Source: Candidatus Kapaibacterium sp.
Lineage (GTDB): Bacteria; Bacteroidota; Ignavibacteria; Kapaibacteriales; UBA2268
Assembly (NCBI GenBank): GCA_937927515.1
Contig: CALBDO010000003.1
Coordinates: 67,274 to 131,273 of the forward strand
Length of the DNA: 64,000 nucleotides
Direction of reading: 5' to 3'
Part shown: positions 18,655 through 27,461 of the stretch, piece after piece
Position numbering within the stretch: the stretch's first letter is position 1
Layout: the number at the start of each line of letters is the position of its first letter
Notes under the pieces: model-generated
Databases searched by the model: none
What the model was told of the DNA's origin: nothing
What the model saw: the letters and a program-made list of their open reading frames with translations, nothing else
Position numbers and translations under genes: made by a program

Positions 18655-20508
18655 TTATTCAATGACAAACGATTTCTTGTATCTTCGTAGAATTTTTGTA
18701 GCATCTCTCTTTGCCTCGTCGATATATGAGTAGCCCCACAGAACAACTTTATATTTCAAATTATTGTTTAAATAAAGTCTATCGTAATATGCTCTAAACC
18801 CTTGCCTCTCCCAAAATTCAACTTTCTTCTCAGCAAGTTCCTCACTGGCAACAGTATCCACAACAATTGTAAAAGGTAAAAGCTCGGGCATAATCCAGCG
18901 TATTTCTACTCTTCGATTAAACAAAGACGATATATCATCATTTTCGTCTGTGTAAATAGGTTTACTAATACCTATACCCTTCACTAAAATTTGGTTTGGA
19001 GGCACACCACTGGAAATAAGCCTTGTACGAACTGCATTTGCACGGTCCAAAGACAATTTTAATGGTGAATAATATTGTTCCCTAATTCCAGCAGTTCCAA
19101 TGAGTTCAACTTGCAAATTTCTATGTGCTTTTAGAAGTTGTGCTAAATTGTTTAAGCAAACAGAAAATTCTTCCCCTATTGAAGTATCAGCAAAATTAAA
19201 TAGAGACACAGCTTGATAGTTCGTATAAAAAGTCCTCTCCTTTACAGGATAGGTAAACAAGTCGAAAAACTCCAACTGGTTTGATTGCAAAGTTAATTTA
19301 ATCTCCACATCATTGCACTCTAAAAACTGTCTACTTTTTTCGAAAACAATTGAAAAATAATACTTGTTAGACAGAATACATTCAATAATACCATTTCCCA
19401 CCTCTTGATTTTTCCAAGGAAAGTGGTAGAAATTACCATTTGTTTTGGAAGCTAAATAACGATAGGTCGATGGAGAAACTTCATTCCCTAAAGCAATAAC
19501 GTTAATAGGAGTATGAATTTTTTGGGACTTTTCGATAACATCCTCCAAAGTAAAGTTTATAGAGGAATTGTCCATACGATTAGTAATCAAGACTACTATA
19601 GAGTTGGATTGCGCTTCGATTTCATCCAAAATTAACCAGATGGAACGATATACTGAACTTAATTCATTCCTTATGGGCAAATCTATTGCTTGAAAATCAA
19701 AATAAAATTTATTTGCTCGTTCAAGTGGAATAATGTTTTGAAGTCCGACTCCAAAACAAAACAGAGCAACATTATCTTCAACATCAAGAAACTTAACTGC
19801 GTCGAGAATCTGTTGTTTAAGCTCTAAATCATCTTGGATGACCGAGTAATCAATCAAAAGATATACATTAAGTTTTTCATTAATATTGATATTCTTTGGA
19901 AAATGCTCGAAAGAGTTTCCAATAATTCTTTTTTGACATTTCTGCTCAATTCTAATTTTAAAATCAGAATGGTACTTGCTAAAATCGTAAACCATGTTGC
20001 CAAAATCGTCTAGAACACAAAAAATCAACTCCAAGCTGTCTTTGTTTTCTTGTTGGTTCAAACGGAACACTTTAACTTTAGATACATCCTTCAAAGAACC
20101 TGTTGTAAAGCCAGAGAGGAAGTTCGAGGGTTTAAAATTTTTTTGTTCAAAAATGTTTTCAATAAGACGTGGTCCAGTTTGGACCTTAGTTTTAACTTTC
20201 TGATTATGATTTTCACTGGAGTTAACTAAAACATAAACTGATTGCAAGAGCTGTTTACCATCATTTTTAAATGCAACTATGTCCAATCTAAGAGGCCTAT
20301 CTGGCTTGATGACAATTGAATCAATGGGTTTAAACTTTTCTGTATAACCTCCGACCATTACATAATCAGCATTTTTGAAGTTCCAAAAAACGACTGCACT
20401 ATCGCCGGACTCTAACTCGATTAAATTGGAGATTCTCTCTACTAAAATATTTTTTGTGGAACAAGAAAATAATACAATAACAATTGTTAGAACTAAATAC
20501 TTTCCCAT
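18655..20508 (-). CDS. Lipoprotein with C-terminal OmpA-like and SPOR peptidoglycan-binding domains
   Basis: Lipobox LFSCS. OmpA_C-like LSLDRANAVRTRLISSGV...NRRVEI. Terminal SPOR-like segment (TIVVDTVASEELAEKKVEFWERQGFRAY). Confidence 0.6.
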   Translation of the reverse strand: MGKYLVLTIVIVLFSCSTKNILVERISNLIELESGDSAVVFWNFKNADYVMVGGYTEKFKPIDSIVIKPDRPLRLDIVAFKNDGKQLLQSVYVLVNSSENHNQKVKTKVQTGPRLIENIFEQKNFKPSNFLSGFTTGSLKDVSKVKVFRLNQQENKDSLELIFCVLDDFGNMVYDFSKYHSDFKIRIEQKCQKRIIGNSFEHFPKNININEKLNVYLLIDYSVIQDDLELKQQILDAVKFLDVEDNVALFCFGVGLQNIIPLERANKFYFDFQAIDLPIRNELSSVYRSIWLILDEIEAQSNSIVVLITNRMDNSSINFTLEDVIEKSQKIHTPINVIALGNEVSPSTYRYLASKTNGNFYHFPWKNQEVGNGIIECILSNKYYFSIVFEKSRQFLECNDVEIKLTLQSNQLEFFDLFTYPVKERTFYTNYQAVSLFNFADTSIGEEFSVCLNNLAQLLKAHRNLQVELIGTAGIREQYYSPLKLSLDRANAVRTRLISSGVPPNQILVKGIGISKPIYTDENDDISSLFNRRVEIRWIMPELLPFTIVVDTVASEELAEKKVEFWERQGFRAYYDRLYLNNNLKYKVVLWGYSYIDEAKRDATKILRRYKKSFVIE

Positions 20509-20511
20509 ATT

Positions 20512-21831
20512 CTATAATTTAGTGAAGATTAATTCACCATTATGAGAGTCGATTAGAACCTTGTCACCAGGAGAGAATTTTCCTTCCAAAATTAACAGAG
20601 CAAGCTTATCGGCTATGTGTTTTTGAATTGCTCTTTTTAGTGGTCTTGCACCGAATTGCGGGTCGAAACCGATGTTTGAAATCAAATCTAGCGCTTCTGG
20701 GCTAATTTCGGTCTCTATCCCGCTTTCCTTCAATTTTTTCTTGATTCGTTCGAGTTGTAATTGGGTAATTTTAACAATATCTTCCTTTGTAAGTGGTTTA
20801 AAAAGGATAATATCATCTATTCTATTCAAAAACTCGGGACGCAATCTTTTCTTTAATAAATCAAAAATCTCATCTTTCAGTCTTTCAATGATAATGTCTC
20901 TATTCGATGAATTGAGCATTTCAAGTTTTTCTTGAATAAGCTCGGTACCAAGATTGGATGTCATTATAACAATGGTGTTTTTAAAATTAACAACTCTTCC
21001 CTTACTGTCTGTTAGCCTCCCGTCGTCCAGTACCTGCAAAAGAATATTGAACACATCTGGATGTGCCTTTTCTATCTCATCAAGTAGAACAACAGAATAT
21101 GGTCGACGACGAACTGCCTCGGTCAACTGGCCACCTTCCTCGTACCCAACATAACCAGGAGGAGCTCCCACAAGGCGAGAAACAGAGAACTTTTCCATAT
21201 ATTCGCTCATATCGATTCGCACCATGGCATTTTCATCGTCAAAAAGGAATTCTGCAAGTGCTCTTGCCAGTTCCGTTTTCCCTACCCCAGTGCTGCCTAA
21301 AAAAATGAAGGAGCCAATAGGCCTATTGACGTCCTGTAAACCTACACGAGACCTACGAATGGCATTAGCAACAGATTGAACAGCTTCTTCTTGGTCGACA
21401 AGTCGTTGATGGATTCTTTCTTCCATTTTTAAAAGCTTTGTCCTTTCGCTTTCAAGCATTTTCTGAACTGGTATACCGGTCCATTTAGAAACAACCTCGG
21501 CTATATCCTCTGCGTCTACTTCTTCTTTTAGAAGTTTGCCATCCTTTTGTACCTCTTGCAATTTTTCATTGACTTCGTTCAATTTTTTGTTGAGTTCATG
21601 TATAAGGCCATACCTTATTTCAGCAACTTTGGTTAGATTGCCCTGCCTCTCATACTCATCTGCTTGAAGTCTTAAATTTTCTATTTGCGCTTTATAATCT
21701 CGAATTTGTTGGATTAAATTTTTCTCAAGCTCCCATCTATTACGAAGAGCCTCTCTCTTCTGTTTTAACTCTTCAAGCTCTTGTTCGATTTCATTTAATC
21801 TTTCTTTTGTTGCTTTAATTGACTCATCCAT
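20512..21831 (-). CDS. clpB: ClpB C-terminal half only (middle coiled-coil, NBD2, C-terminal domain). The N-domain and NBD1 (~430 aa) are absent; a gene fragment or split gene.
   Basis: Near-collinear with the C-terminal half of E. coli ClpB (recalled alignment: GSTGVGKTELARALAEFLFD, SRLVGAPPGYVGYEEGG, LLDEIEKAHPDVFNILLQVLDDGRLTD, GARPLKRAIQ). Stop codon 4 codons upstream of the ATG; an AT-rich non-coding region and a terminator lie upstream. Confidence 0.85.
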   Translation of the reverse strand: MDESIKATKERLNEIEQELEELKQKREALRNRWELEKNLIQQIRDYKAQIENLRLQADEYERQGNLTKVAEIRYGLIHELNKKLNEVNEKLQEVQKDGKLLKEEVDAEDIAEVVSKWTGIPVQKMLESERTKLLKMEERIHQRLVDQEEAVQSVANAIRRSRVGLQDVNRPIGSFIFLGSTGVGKTELARALAEFLFDDENAMVRIDMSEYMEKFSVSRLVGAPPGYVGYEEGGQLTEAVRRRPYSVVLLDEIEKAHPDVFNILLQVLDDGRLTDSKGRVVNFKNTIVIMTSNLGTELIQEKLEMLNSSNRDIIIERLKDEIFDLLKKRLRPEFLNRIDDIILFKPLTKEDIVKITQLQLERIKKKLKESGIETEISPEALDLISNIGFDPQFGARPLKRAIQKHIADKLALLILEGKFSPGDKVLIDSHNGELIFTKL

Positions 21832-21949
21832 AGAATTTTTACCATTCGATAATTATTTAAAAGTTAAATTTAATCAAAAAAAACCACATATATTTAATTT
21901 GAAAACATAAATAATGGCATTTAAAATTCGCAGCTAAAACTTAAATTTA

Positions 21950-21990
21950 CATCAAATAAAAAAGAAGAGGAAAGTTCCTCTTCTTTAATC
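21950..21990 (-). terminator. Rho-independent terminator for the lipoprotein gene at 22033-22707
   Basis: Perfect 11-bp stem AAGAAGAGGAA / TTCCTCTTCTT (21962-21986) with a 3-nt loop, followed on the minus strand by TTTTTATTT. Confidence 0.5.
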
Positions 21991-22032
21991 AAACAAAAAC
22001 TTTAAATATTAAAAAATCTAAGGCTTAAAAAG

Positions 22033-22707
22033 TTAATTTTCCTCTAAGTTTATTTTTTGTCCATTTTCCAGTTCAATATAAACGGGTCTCCATGAAACAA
22101 AAATTTGATTTGGCGATTCTTTCAGCGCTTTTATCAAAAGTTCTTCATTTCTATTCCCTTGCTCAAAACGAAATGTTGATTGGAATTGAGTGAATTGACC
22201 CGCAGGTATCGCCTGGTCAATATTTATTCTATACGCCCTAATGAGCTGATTATTAGATGTAGAAAATTGAAGAAACCCACTTATTTTGTTAATATTGACT
22301 TTTGAAATATTTGAAATCGTATAGGTAAAAACATTAAACTGCGTTCCATTGATATCAATAGGCTTCCAACCATCATATCTAAATCTCGAATGCGCTACTA
22401 TTGCATTAGTAACAAGATTGATGAATCCTTGTCTACGGCGATTTAATCTCTCTTGCTCAATGATTTGCTTGACAGATTTGTTGTACAAAGAATCGACAAA
22501 ATTACTATATCGAGCAATGGCAGTACTGAAAAGGTCGAGTTCTTCAAGGGTAAAAAGAGAGTCTTTCTTCACTTTTTCAATAAGACTGAAAAAATTCTGT
22601 TCTGTTACCTTTTCATTAAGAAGTTTCGAAGATTTTTTCTTCTCGCAACCAACAAAAATCAAAACAATGAAGAAAAACGCAAAAAGAGAAATACGAAAAT
22701 ATTTCAT
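22033..22707 (-). CDS. Hypothetical lipoprotein
   Basis: Signal peptide with lipobox (FVGCEKKK); no recognised domain. Confidence 0.5.
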   Translation of the reverse strand: MKYFRISLFAFFFIVLIFVGCEKKKSSKLLNEKVTEQNFFSLIEKVKKDSLFTLEELDLFSTAIARYSNFVDSLYNKSVKQIIEQERLNRRRQGFINLVTNAIVAHSRFRYDGWKPIDINGTQFNVFTYTISNISKVNINKISGFLQFSTSNNQLIRAYRINIDQAIPAGQFTQFQSTFRFEQGNRNEELLIKALKESPNQIFVSWRPVYIELENGQKINLEEN

Positions 22708-22754
22708 AAAACCTCCAATTAAAAAAACACTAACTTAACAATTTTGAAGAAAAT

Positions 22755-23657
22755 TTAATTCTTAAAAAACAAAGCTTTAAAAATATGTCCAGCAATATCT
22801 GGATTCTCTTTCAATCTACGCGTAGAATAGCCGTACCAATCTTTACCAAAAGGTACATATACACGCAATCGATGGCCGTTGCGAAGCAATTCATTCCTTC
22901 TATCTTCTCTAACACCAAGAAGCATCTGAAATTCGTAATCTTTTCGATTCAAATTATACTTTTGGATGATTTCCAATGCAAATTTGATTAAAACCTCATC
23001 ATGGGTTGCTATTGCGGGATACAACCCTAATTCAAATATTAGCTGCAGAAGCTTTTTATAGTTATTACGAATTCCCTCTTTATCTTGAATCGCAATAGAA
23101 GGCGATTCACGATAAATTCCTTTGCATAAACGAATCGATGGCTTGTATGAAGCAAGTTTCCTAATATCGTTTTCACTGCGATATAAATACGCTTGGATAA
23201 CTATACCAACATTTTGAAATCCCTCGCTTCTCAATTTCTTAAAAATTTCGAAGGTTTTGTCGGTATAGGGTGAATTCTCCATATCTAAACGAACAAAAAG
23301 TCCAAAGCTGTTTGCTTTTTCTACAAGCATTTTAATGTTGGAATAAGCAAAATCGAAATCAATCCCCAAACCGAGAGAAGTAGGTTTTACAGAAAGATAA
23401 GATTCAAGTTGATTTTCATTAATTGCATCAAGGACAATTGAGCACATTTGCCTTTCGTGCAAAGCCATTTCTTTGGTTGTAACAAATTCACCCAAAACAT
23501 CGATTGTCGACATTCCTCCAAGAGCCATCAAATCCTTTGTTACACGTACTGCATCCTCTAATGTCTCGCCAGCAATATAACGGCTCGATATTTTTCGAAT
23601 TATACTCTTTGGAACTAATGGCATTGTTCTAATAATAAGCTGATTTAACCACTCCAT
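22755..23657 (-). CDS. Proline dehydrogenase (PRODH / PutA catalytic-domain family)
   Basis: YIAGETLEDA..., TIDVLGEF, VRLDMENS..., AYLYRS: TIM-barrel proline dehydrogenase family pattern; 300 aa. Confidence 0.8.
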   Translation of the reverse strand: MEWLNQLIIRTMPLVPKSIIRKISSRYIAGETLEDAVRVTKDLMALGGMSTIDVLGEFVTTKEMALHERQMCSIVLDAINENQLESYLSVKPTSLGLGIDFDFAYSNIKMLVEKANSFGLFVRLDMENSPYTDKTFEIFKKLRSEGFQNVGIVIQAYLYRSENDIRKLASYKPSIRLCKGIYRESPSIAIQDKEGIRNNYKKLLQLIFELGLYPAIATHDEVLIKFALEIIQKYNLNRKDYEFQMLLGVREDRRNELLRNGHRLRVYVPFGKDWYGYSTRRLKENPDIAGHIFKALFFKN

Positions 23658-23675
23658 GATTTACCTACTATTTTC

Positions 23676-23712
23676 AAAAAAGTAAAGATGCAATTTATTG
23701 CATCTTTACTTC
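23676..23712 (-). terminator. Rho-independent terminator downstream of the metalloprotease gene
   Basis: 13-bp inverted repeat GTAAAGATGCAAT / ATTGCATCTTTAC (23682-23709), followed on the minus strand by TTTTTTGAAAA. Confidence 0.55.
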
Positions 23713-23734
23713 AAATTTACAAGTAATATAGTTT

Positions 23735-26266
23735 TTATTTTATAATAACAGTCGAAAATGTTTTTATTCGTCCATCAAAATTTAAAATTACAAAAAATAC
23801 CCCTTGTACAATGTTCGAAAGTTTAATCGTTTTACAATTATTTTCCAGGGAATTTGGATTTAATGTCTCAGAATATATGATATTACCCAATACGTCCGAA
23901 ATATACATTGGGGTCGAAGGTAAAAATTCGGTATTTGCAAACTCGATCCGGAGTAGATTCTCATCAGTCTTATACTCTACATTTTTCACGAGTTCATTTA
24001 CAGAAAAGTTTTTATCGACAATGCCACCTATTGCTTGGCAAGAATCGATTACAAAAACATTATCGCTAACATCGATAGATACATCAGTAAAAGTGGGCTT
24101 AATTCTAACTAAGCATTCGTTAGAAGTTTTGTTTGGTACTTTCCACACATATTTACCAATTTTTGCATCAAGATTTCCAAGTGTAATTCTTTTCCAAGAC
24201 TTACCATTGTCGACAGAGTATTCTAAAACAATTTTATTCACATACTTTGTTGTCCATTTTATTGCATAAGCAGCACCCATACAAAAAACTTCACCACCAT
24301 TTGGAAAAATGATACTTCCAGTAGGGTTTCCAATTTTAAACAAAGGGCTTTCAGCAACAATCTTGCCATCCAATGATGTAACTTTGAATTTGCATTCATC
24401 AGAATTAATGGATGGTGCAATTAGTTCATAATAATTTTGTATCATATTTGATGCTAAAACACTGTAATTTTTACCACCATCTTGGGAGAAATACAAATTA
24501 AAAGTATCAACAAGAGTTGCGTTCCAAGAAATATTAATAGTCTCGCCAACTGCAAATTCTTCGTTCTCTGTGGGGGTTGTAATCTGCAAAGTTCTGGACT
24601 TAATTGAAAATGTTTTTAAAGAAGTATCTGCAACATTTGGATTACTTTTGTCCCTAATATAGATTAATGCTTTGGTTGTATTGATAAATGGTAAGTTCCA
24701 CAAATATACAGAATCTGGGGCAGGCACATTATCAGCTATTATCGACCAAGTAGCTCCTTTATCTGATGAAAAGAAAATGGTTAGGTAATTTACATTTGCA
24801 GAAGTCCAACGAATAGGAAGGATTTCGCCAGAAACATAAGTTTTGTCGCCAAGTGGATTTAGCAGGGATATGTATGGGGCACTTACCTGTGATACGCATT
24901 TTGAACGCTCGGCTGCGGTTCGAGCAAGAGGAAGTTCTCGGGGATGAAAAATTAATTGCACAGAGTGAGTGGGATTTGTCAAATGGCAATAGCTCATAAT
25001 AGTACCAGGTCTGGGTACAGGCTGACCTGTCTTGATACAAGCATCTCCCACACCGTAGGTCTCGCCAGTTACACAAGTATCAATCATATTGGGCTGCCAG
25101 TAGCAATTGTGTGTATGAGGTAAAGAGAAATTATGACCAATTTCGTGTGTTGCAACATTCACATCCCACGTGTAATTCAGCGTAGGATAGGTAGCATTAC
25201 CTCTGATACCGAGAACACAATATCCCCAGTCTTTACTACAAAGGCTTCCATAATATGGAGTTCCTCCAAATGAAATTCCAGCAACTGTCTCATTTGCTGG
25301 TTGACTTGCTAAATTAGCAAACAGGACGGTCAAAGCTCGGTCTATAGATTTATTGCGCCAGATACTTGGCATTTTTTGCAACTTTTCAGATAGATTTTTG
25401 GTTCCATAATAAGGGTCGTCCCATTCGTCTTCCCAAACAACCGCATAACCAATGTATAATCGTACATTAAAAAACTCCTGATAAATTTTCGATGATTGGG
25501 CAATTACGGCAGTCATATATGCAAGTGCTTTTTTCGAATCTCCAAATATTTTAAAGAAATCATTGGTTCCTTCGCAAGCGAGTCTTACCTCGAGTAAAGG
25601 TTTCTTTGCTAATGGAACATCTTGGTCCTTATAAAACTTTATCAAATCTTCGGCTTCAGTTGATTTTCCAACATAGTCTTCAGTTAGACATTTAAAAATA
25701 TTCTCCTCATTCAACACAATCGCATTTGCATCAAGCAAGATGTGTTCATTTATTTTTGAGTGCATGTTTGGCGTAATTGAATATATTACACCGTCGGATT
25801 CTTGAATAGTTCCAAGTATCCCAAATTCTGTAACAGTTAAGAAAACAAAAGAGTTTTCAAGCCCAACAATTTTTCCAGATAAAACCATCAATGTTGGGGC
25901 TTTGGTTTTGACAAGAGAACCTTTCTTGCCGACATAAAATTCTGTATTTTGGTCAAAAGGCATCATTGCTCTTTCAAGTTTTAAATCCACTGTTTTAGAA
26001 TTAAATAAAGGAAATTGCTTAAAAACAATATGTTCGTAATCAGAAGTAAATATCTCTCTTAGAACAGTGAGATTTACTTCAAAAACGAAACCTTGAGCAT
26101 TTCCAAGTAACATTTCAAATTTTCCATTTCTAATGAAAAAATTTGAATCAATAATTAAATCTCTTGCTAACGATGAATAGGAGACAATGATTAAAGCCAC
26201 AAAATAGGAGATTAATTTCAATTTCATTTTTAGTTCCAAAACATTTGACAAAAGACAAATAAACAA
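23735..26266 (-). CDS. Secreted zinc metalloprotease (metzincin, HEIGHNFSLPH) with a T9SS C-terminal sorting domain
   Basis: HEXXHXXGXXH motif (HEIGHNFSLPHTH). Signal peptide; the start is probably the internal MKLKLISYF. C-terminal ...IVQGVFFVILNFDGRIKTFSTVIIK fits the T9SS CTD. Confidence 0.75.
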   Translation of the reverse strand: MFICLLSNVLELKMKLKLISYFVALIIVSYSSLARDLIIDSNFFIRNGKFEMLLGNAQGFVFEVNLTVLREIFTSDYEHIVFKQFPLFNSKTVDLKLERAMMPFDQNTEFYVGKKGSLVKTKAPTLMVLSGKIVGLENSFVFLTVTEFGILGTIQESDGVIYSITPNMHSKINEHILLDANAIVLNEENIFKCLTEDYVGKSTEAEDLIKFYKDQDVPLAKKPLLEVRLACEGTNDFFKIFGDSKKALAYMTAVIAQSSKIYQEFFNVRLYIGYAVVWEDEWDDPYYGTKNLSEKLQKMPSIWRNKSIDRALTVLFANLASQPANETVAGISFGGTPYYGSLCSKDWGYCVLGIRGNATYPTLNYTWDVNVATHEIGHNFSLPHTHNCYWQPNMIDTCVTGETYGVGDACIKTGQPVPRPGTIMSYCHLTNPTHSVQLIFHPRELPLARTAAERSKCVSQVSAPYISLLNPLGDKTYVSGEILPIRWTSANVNYLTIFFSSDKGATWSIIADNVPAPDSVYLWNLPFINTTKALIYIRDKSNPNVADTSLKTFSIKSRTLQITTPTENEEFAVGETINISWNATLVDTFNLYFSQDGGKNYSVLASNMIQNYYELIAPSINSDECKFKVTSLDGKIVAESPLFKIGNPTGSIIFPNGGEVFCMGAAYAIKWTTKYVNKIVLEYSVDNGKSWKRITLGNLDAKIGKYVWKVPNKTSNECLVRIKPTFTDVSIDVSDNVFVIDSCQAIGGIVDKNFSVNELVKNVEYKTDENLLRIEFANTEFLPSTPMYISDVLGNIIYSETLNPNSLENNCKTIKLSNIVQGVFFVILNFDGRIKTFSTVIIK

Positions 26267-26290
26267 AACATCAACAAAAAAGTTACAACT

Positions 26291-26971
26291 TCATTTTGGT
26301 ATGACGACAGAATTCATTCTTCCTTGTATGAATTCGACTCTTTTCTCAATATACGGTGTTGGTGCATTCGGAGACCATCTTCGAGGATTAGGCAAAACGG
26401 CAGCAAGTAATGCAGCTTCGCGTCGAGTTAAATCTTTTGCATCCTTGTGGAAAAAATATTCCGATGCAGCCTGTACTCCATAGATGCCTTTACCAAATTC
26501 AATTATATTAACATAGACTTCCAATATCCTTTTTTTGCCCCAAATTAATTCTATCAAGACAGTAAAGTAAGCTTCCAAAGCTTTGCGAACATAATTTCTA
26601 CCGTGCCATAAGAATGCATTCTTTGCGGTCTGCATCGAAATCGTAGAAGCACCACGAAGTCTTTTCCCTTTTCTGGATTCATTATATCTTTTGGCAGCCT
26701 CTATTGCATCCCAGTCAAAGCCATTATGGTTCATAAACCTAGCATCTTCGGCAGAGACTACAGCTCGAAATAGGTTCACTGATATTTCTTCGTACGACAC
26801 CCACCGTTTTCGGATTCCAATGTTCTCACCTTCGAACCAACCTTCGAAAACCCTTAAAATCATTATTGGAGTGAAAGGAGGTGGAATAAATTTATAGACA
26901 ATTACAACCAAAATGCTCGAAGATAAAAAGAACAGAATAAGTTTGGCAAAATACTTAAATAGCCTTTTCAT
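26291..26971 (-). CDS. mtgA: Monofunctional biosynthetic peptidoglycan transglycosylase
   Basis: GT51 motifs: EDARFMNHNGFDWDAI, RGASTISMQTAKN, AAVLPNPRRWSP. Confidence 0.85.
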   Translation of the reverse strand: MKRLFKYFAKLILFFLSSSILVVIVYKFIPPPFTPIMILRVFEGWFEGENIGIRKRWVSYEEISVNLFRAVVSAEDARFMNHNGFDWDAIEAAKRYNESRKGKRLRGASTISMQTAKNAFLWHGRNYVRKALEAYFTVLIELIWGKKRILEVYVNIIEFGKGIYGVQAASEYFFHKDAKDLTRREAALLAAVLPNPRRWSPNAPTPYIEKRVEFIQGRMNSVVIPK

Positions 26972-26975
26972 ATTG

Positions 26976-27458
26976 TTATTTATCAGGTGCAGCTAACCCC
27001 TTTGCTTTGATAAGCGAATCATACCGCATCCCATCCACGATGGTAATACGAAGGAGTCTACCATATATATCGAGATTTGGCTCTTTGTAATCTCTTAAGA
27101 GCTCCACTTTTTTATTTAACAAAGTTTTTTTAGCAAAATTTTTGGCTTCCAAACCCAAAGCCAGAGCAGAATCAATTGATATTCCAGCTCTCGATGCTTG
27201 CTCTGCTAATCTTGTGCCTTTTGTCACCTCGAAACAATCTACATGCAACACTCTAACTTTCCACTTTTGGTTATTATAATAAATGGAAAAAGTATCCCCA
27301 TCTGAAATATCAATAACCGTAGTTTGCATCCATGGCTCTGTGGGCGTATTAGGGTCTGTAACTGGATTAGGATTTTCACTACATCTACTTAAAAGTATAA
27401 GTAAAACTACCAAAAGTGTTAATTTAATAACAAAAACATACTTTTGAACCAATTCCAT
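26976..27458 (-). CDS. Secreted thermonuclease (SNase-like)
   Basis: VIDISDGDTFSI...VRVLHVDCFE...YGRLL pattern of staphylococcal-nuclease homologues; signal peptide. Confidence 0.7.
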   Translation of the reverse strand: MELVQKYVFVIKLTLLVVLLILLSRCSENPNPVTDPNTPTEPWMQTTVIDISDGDTFSIYYNNQKWKVRVLHVDCFEVTKGTRLAEQASRAGISIDSALALGLEAKNFAKKTLLNKKVELLRDYKEPNLDIYGRLLRITIVDGMRYDSLIKAKGLAAPDK

Positions 27459-27461
27459 AGC

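Noticed and set aside
18651-18746. N-terminal 32-aa extension of the cytochrome c ORF (MFCGATHISTRQREM...)
   Set aside because: The extension overlaps the end of the upstream OmpA/SPOR gene. The internal Met at 18650 precedes a membrane anchor and gives a 4-nt intergenic gap, so the shorter start is preferred.
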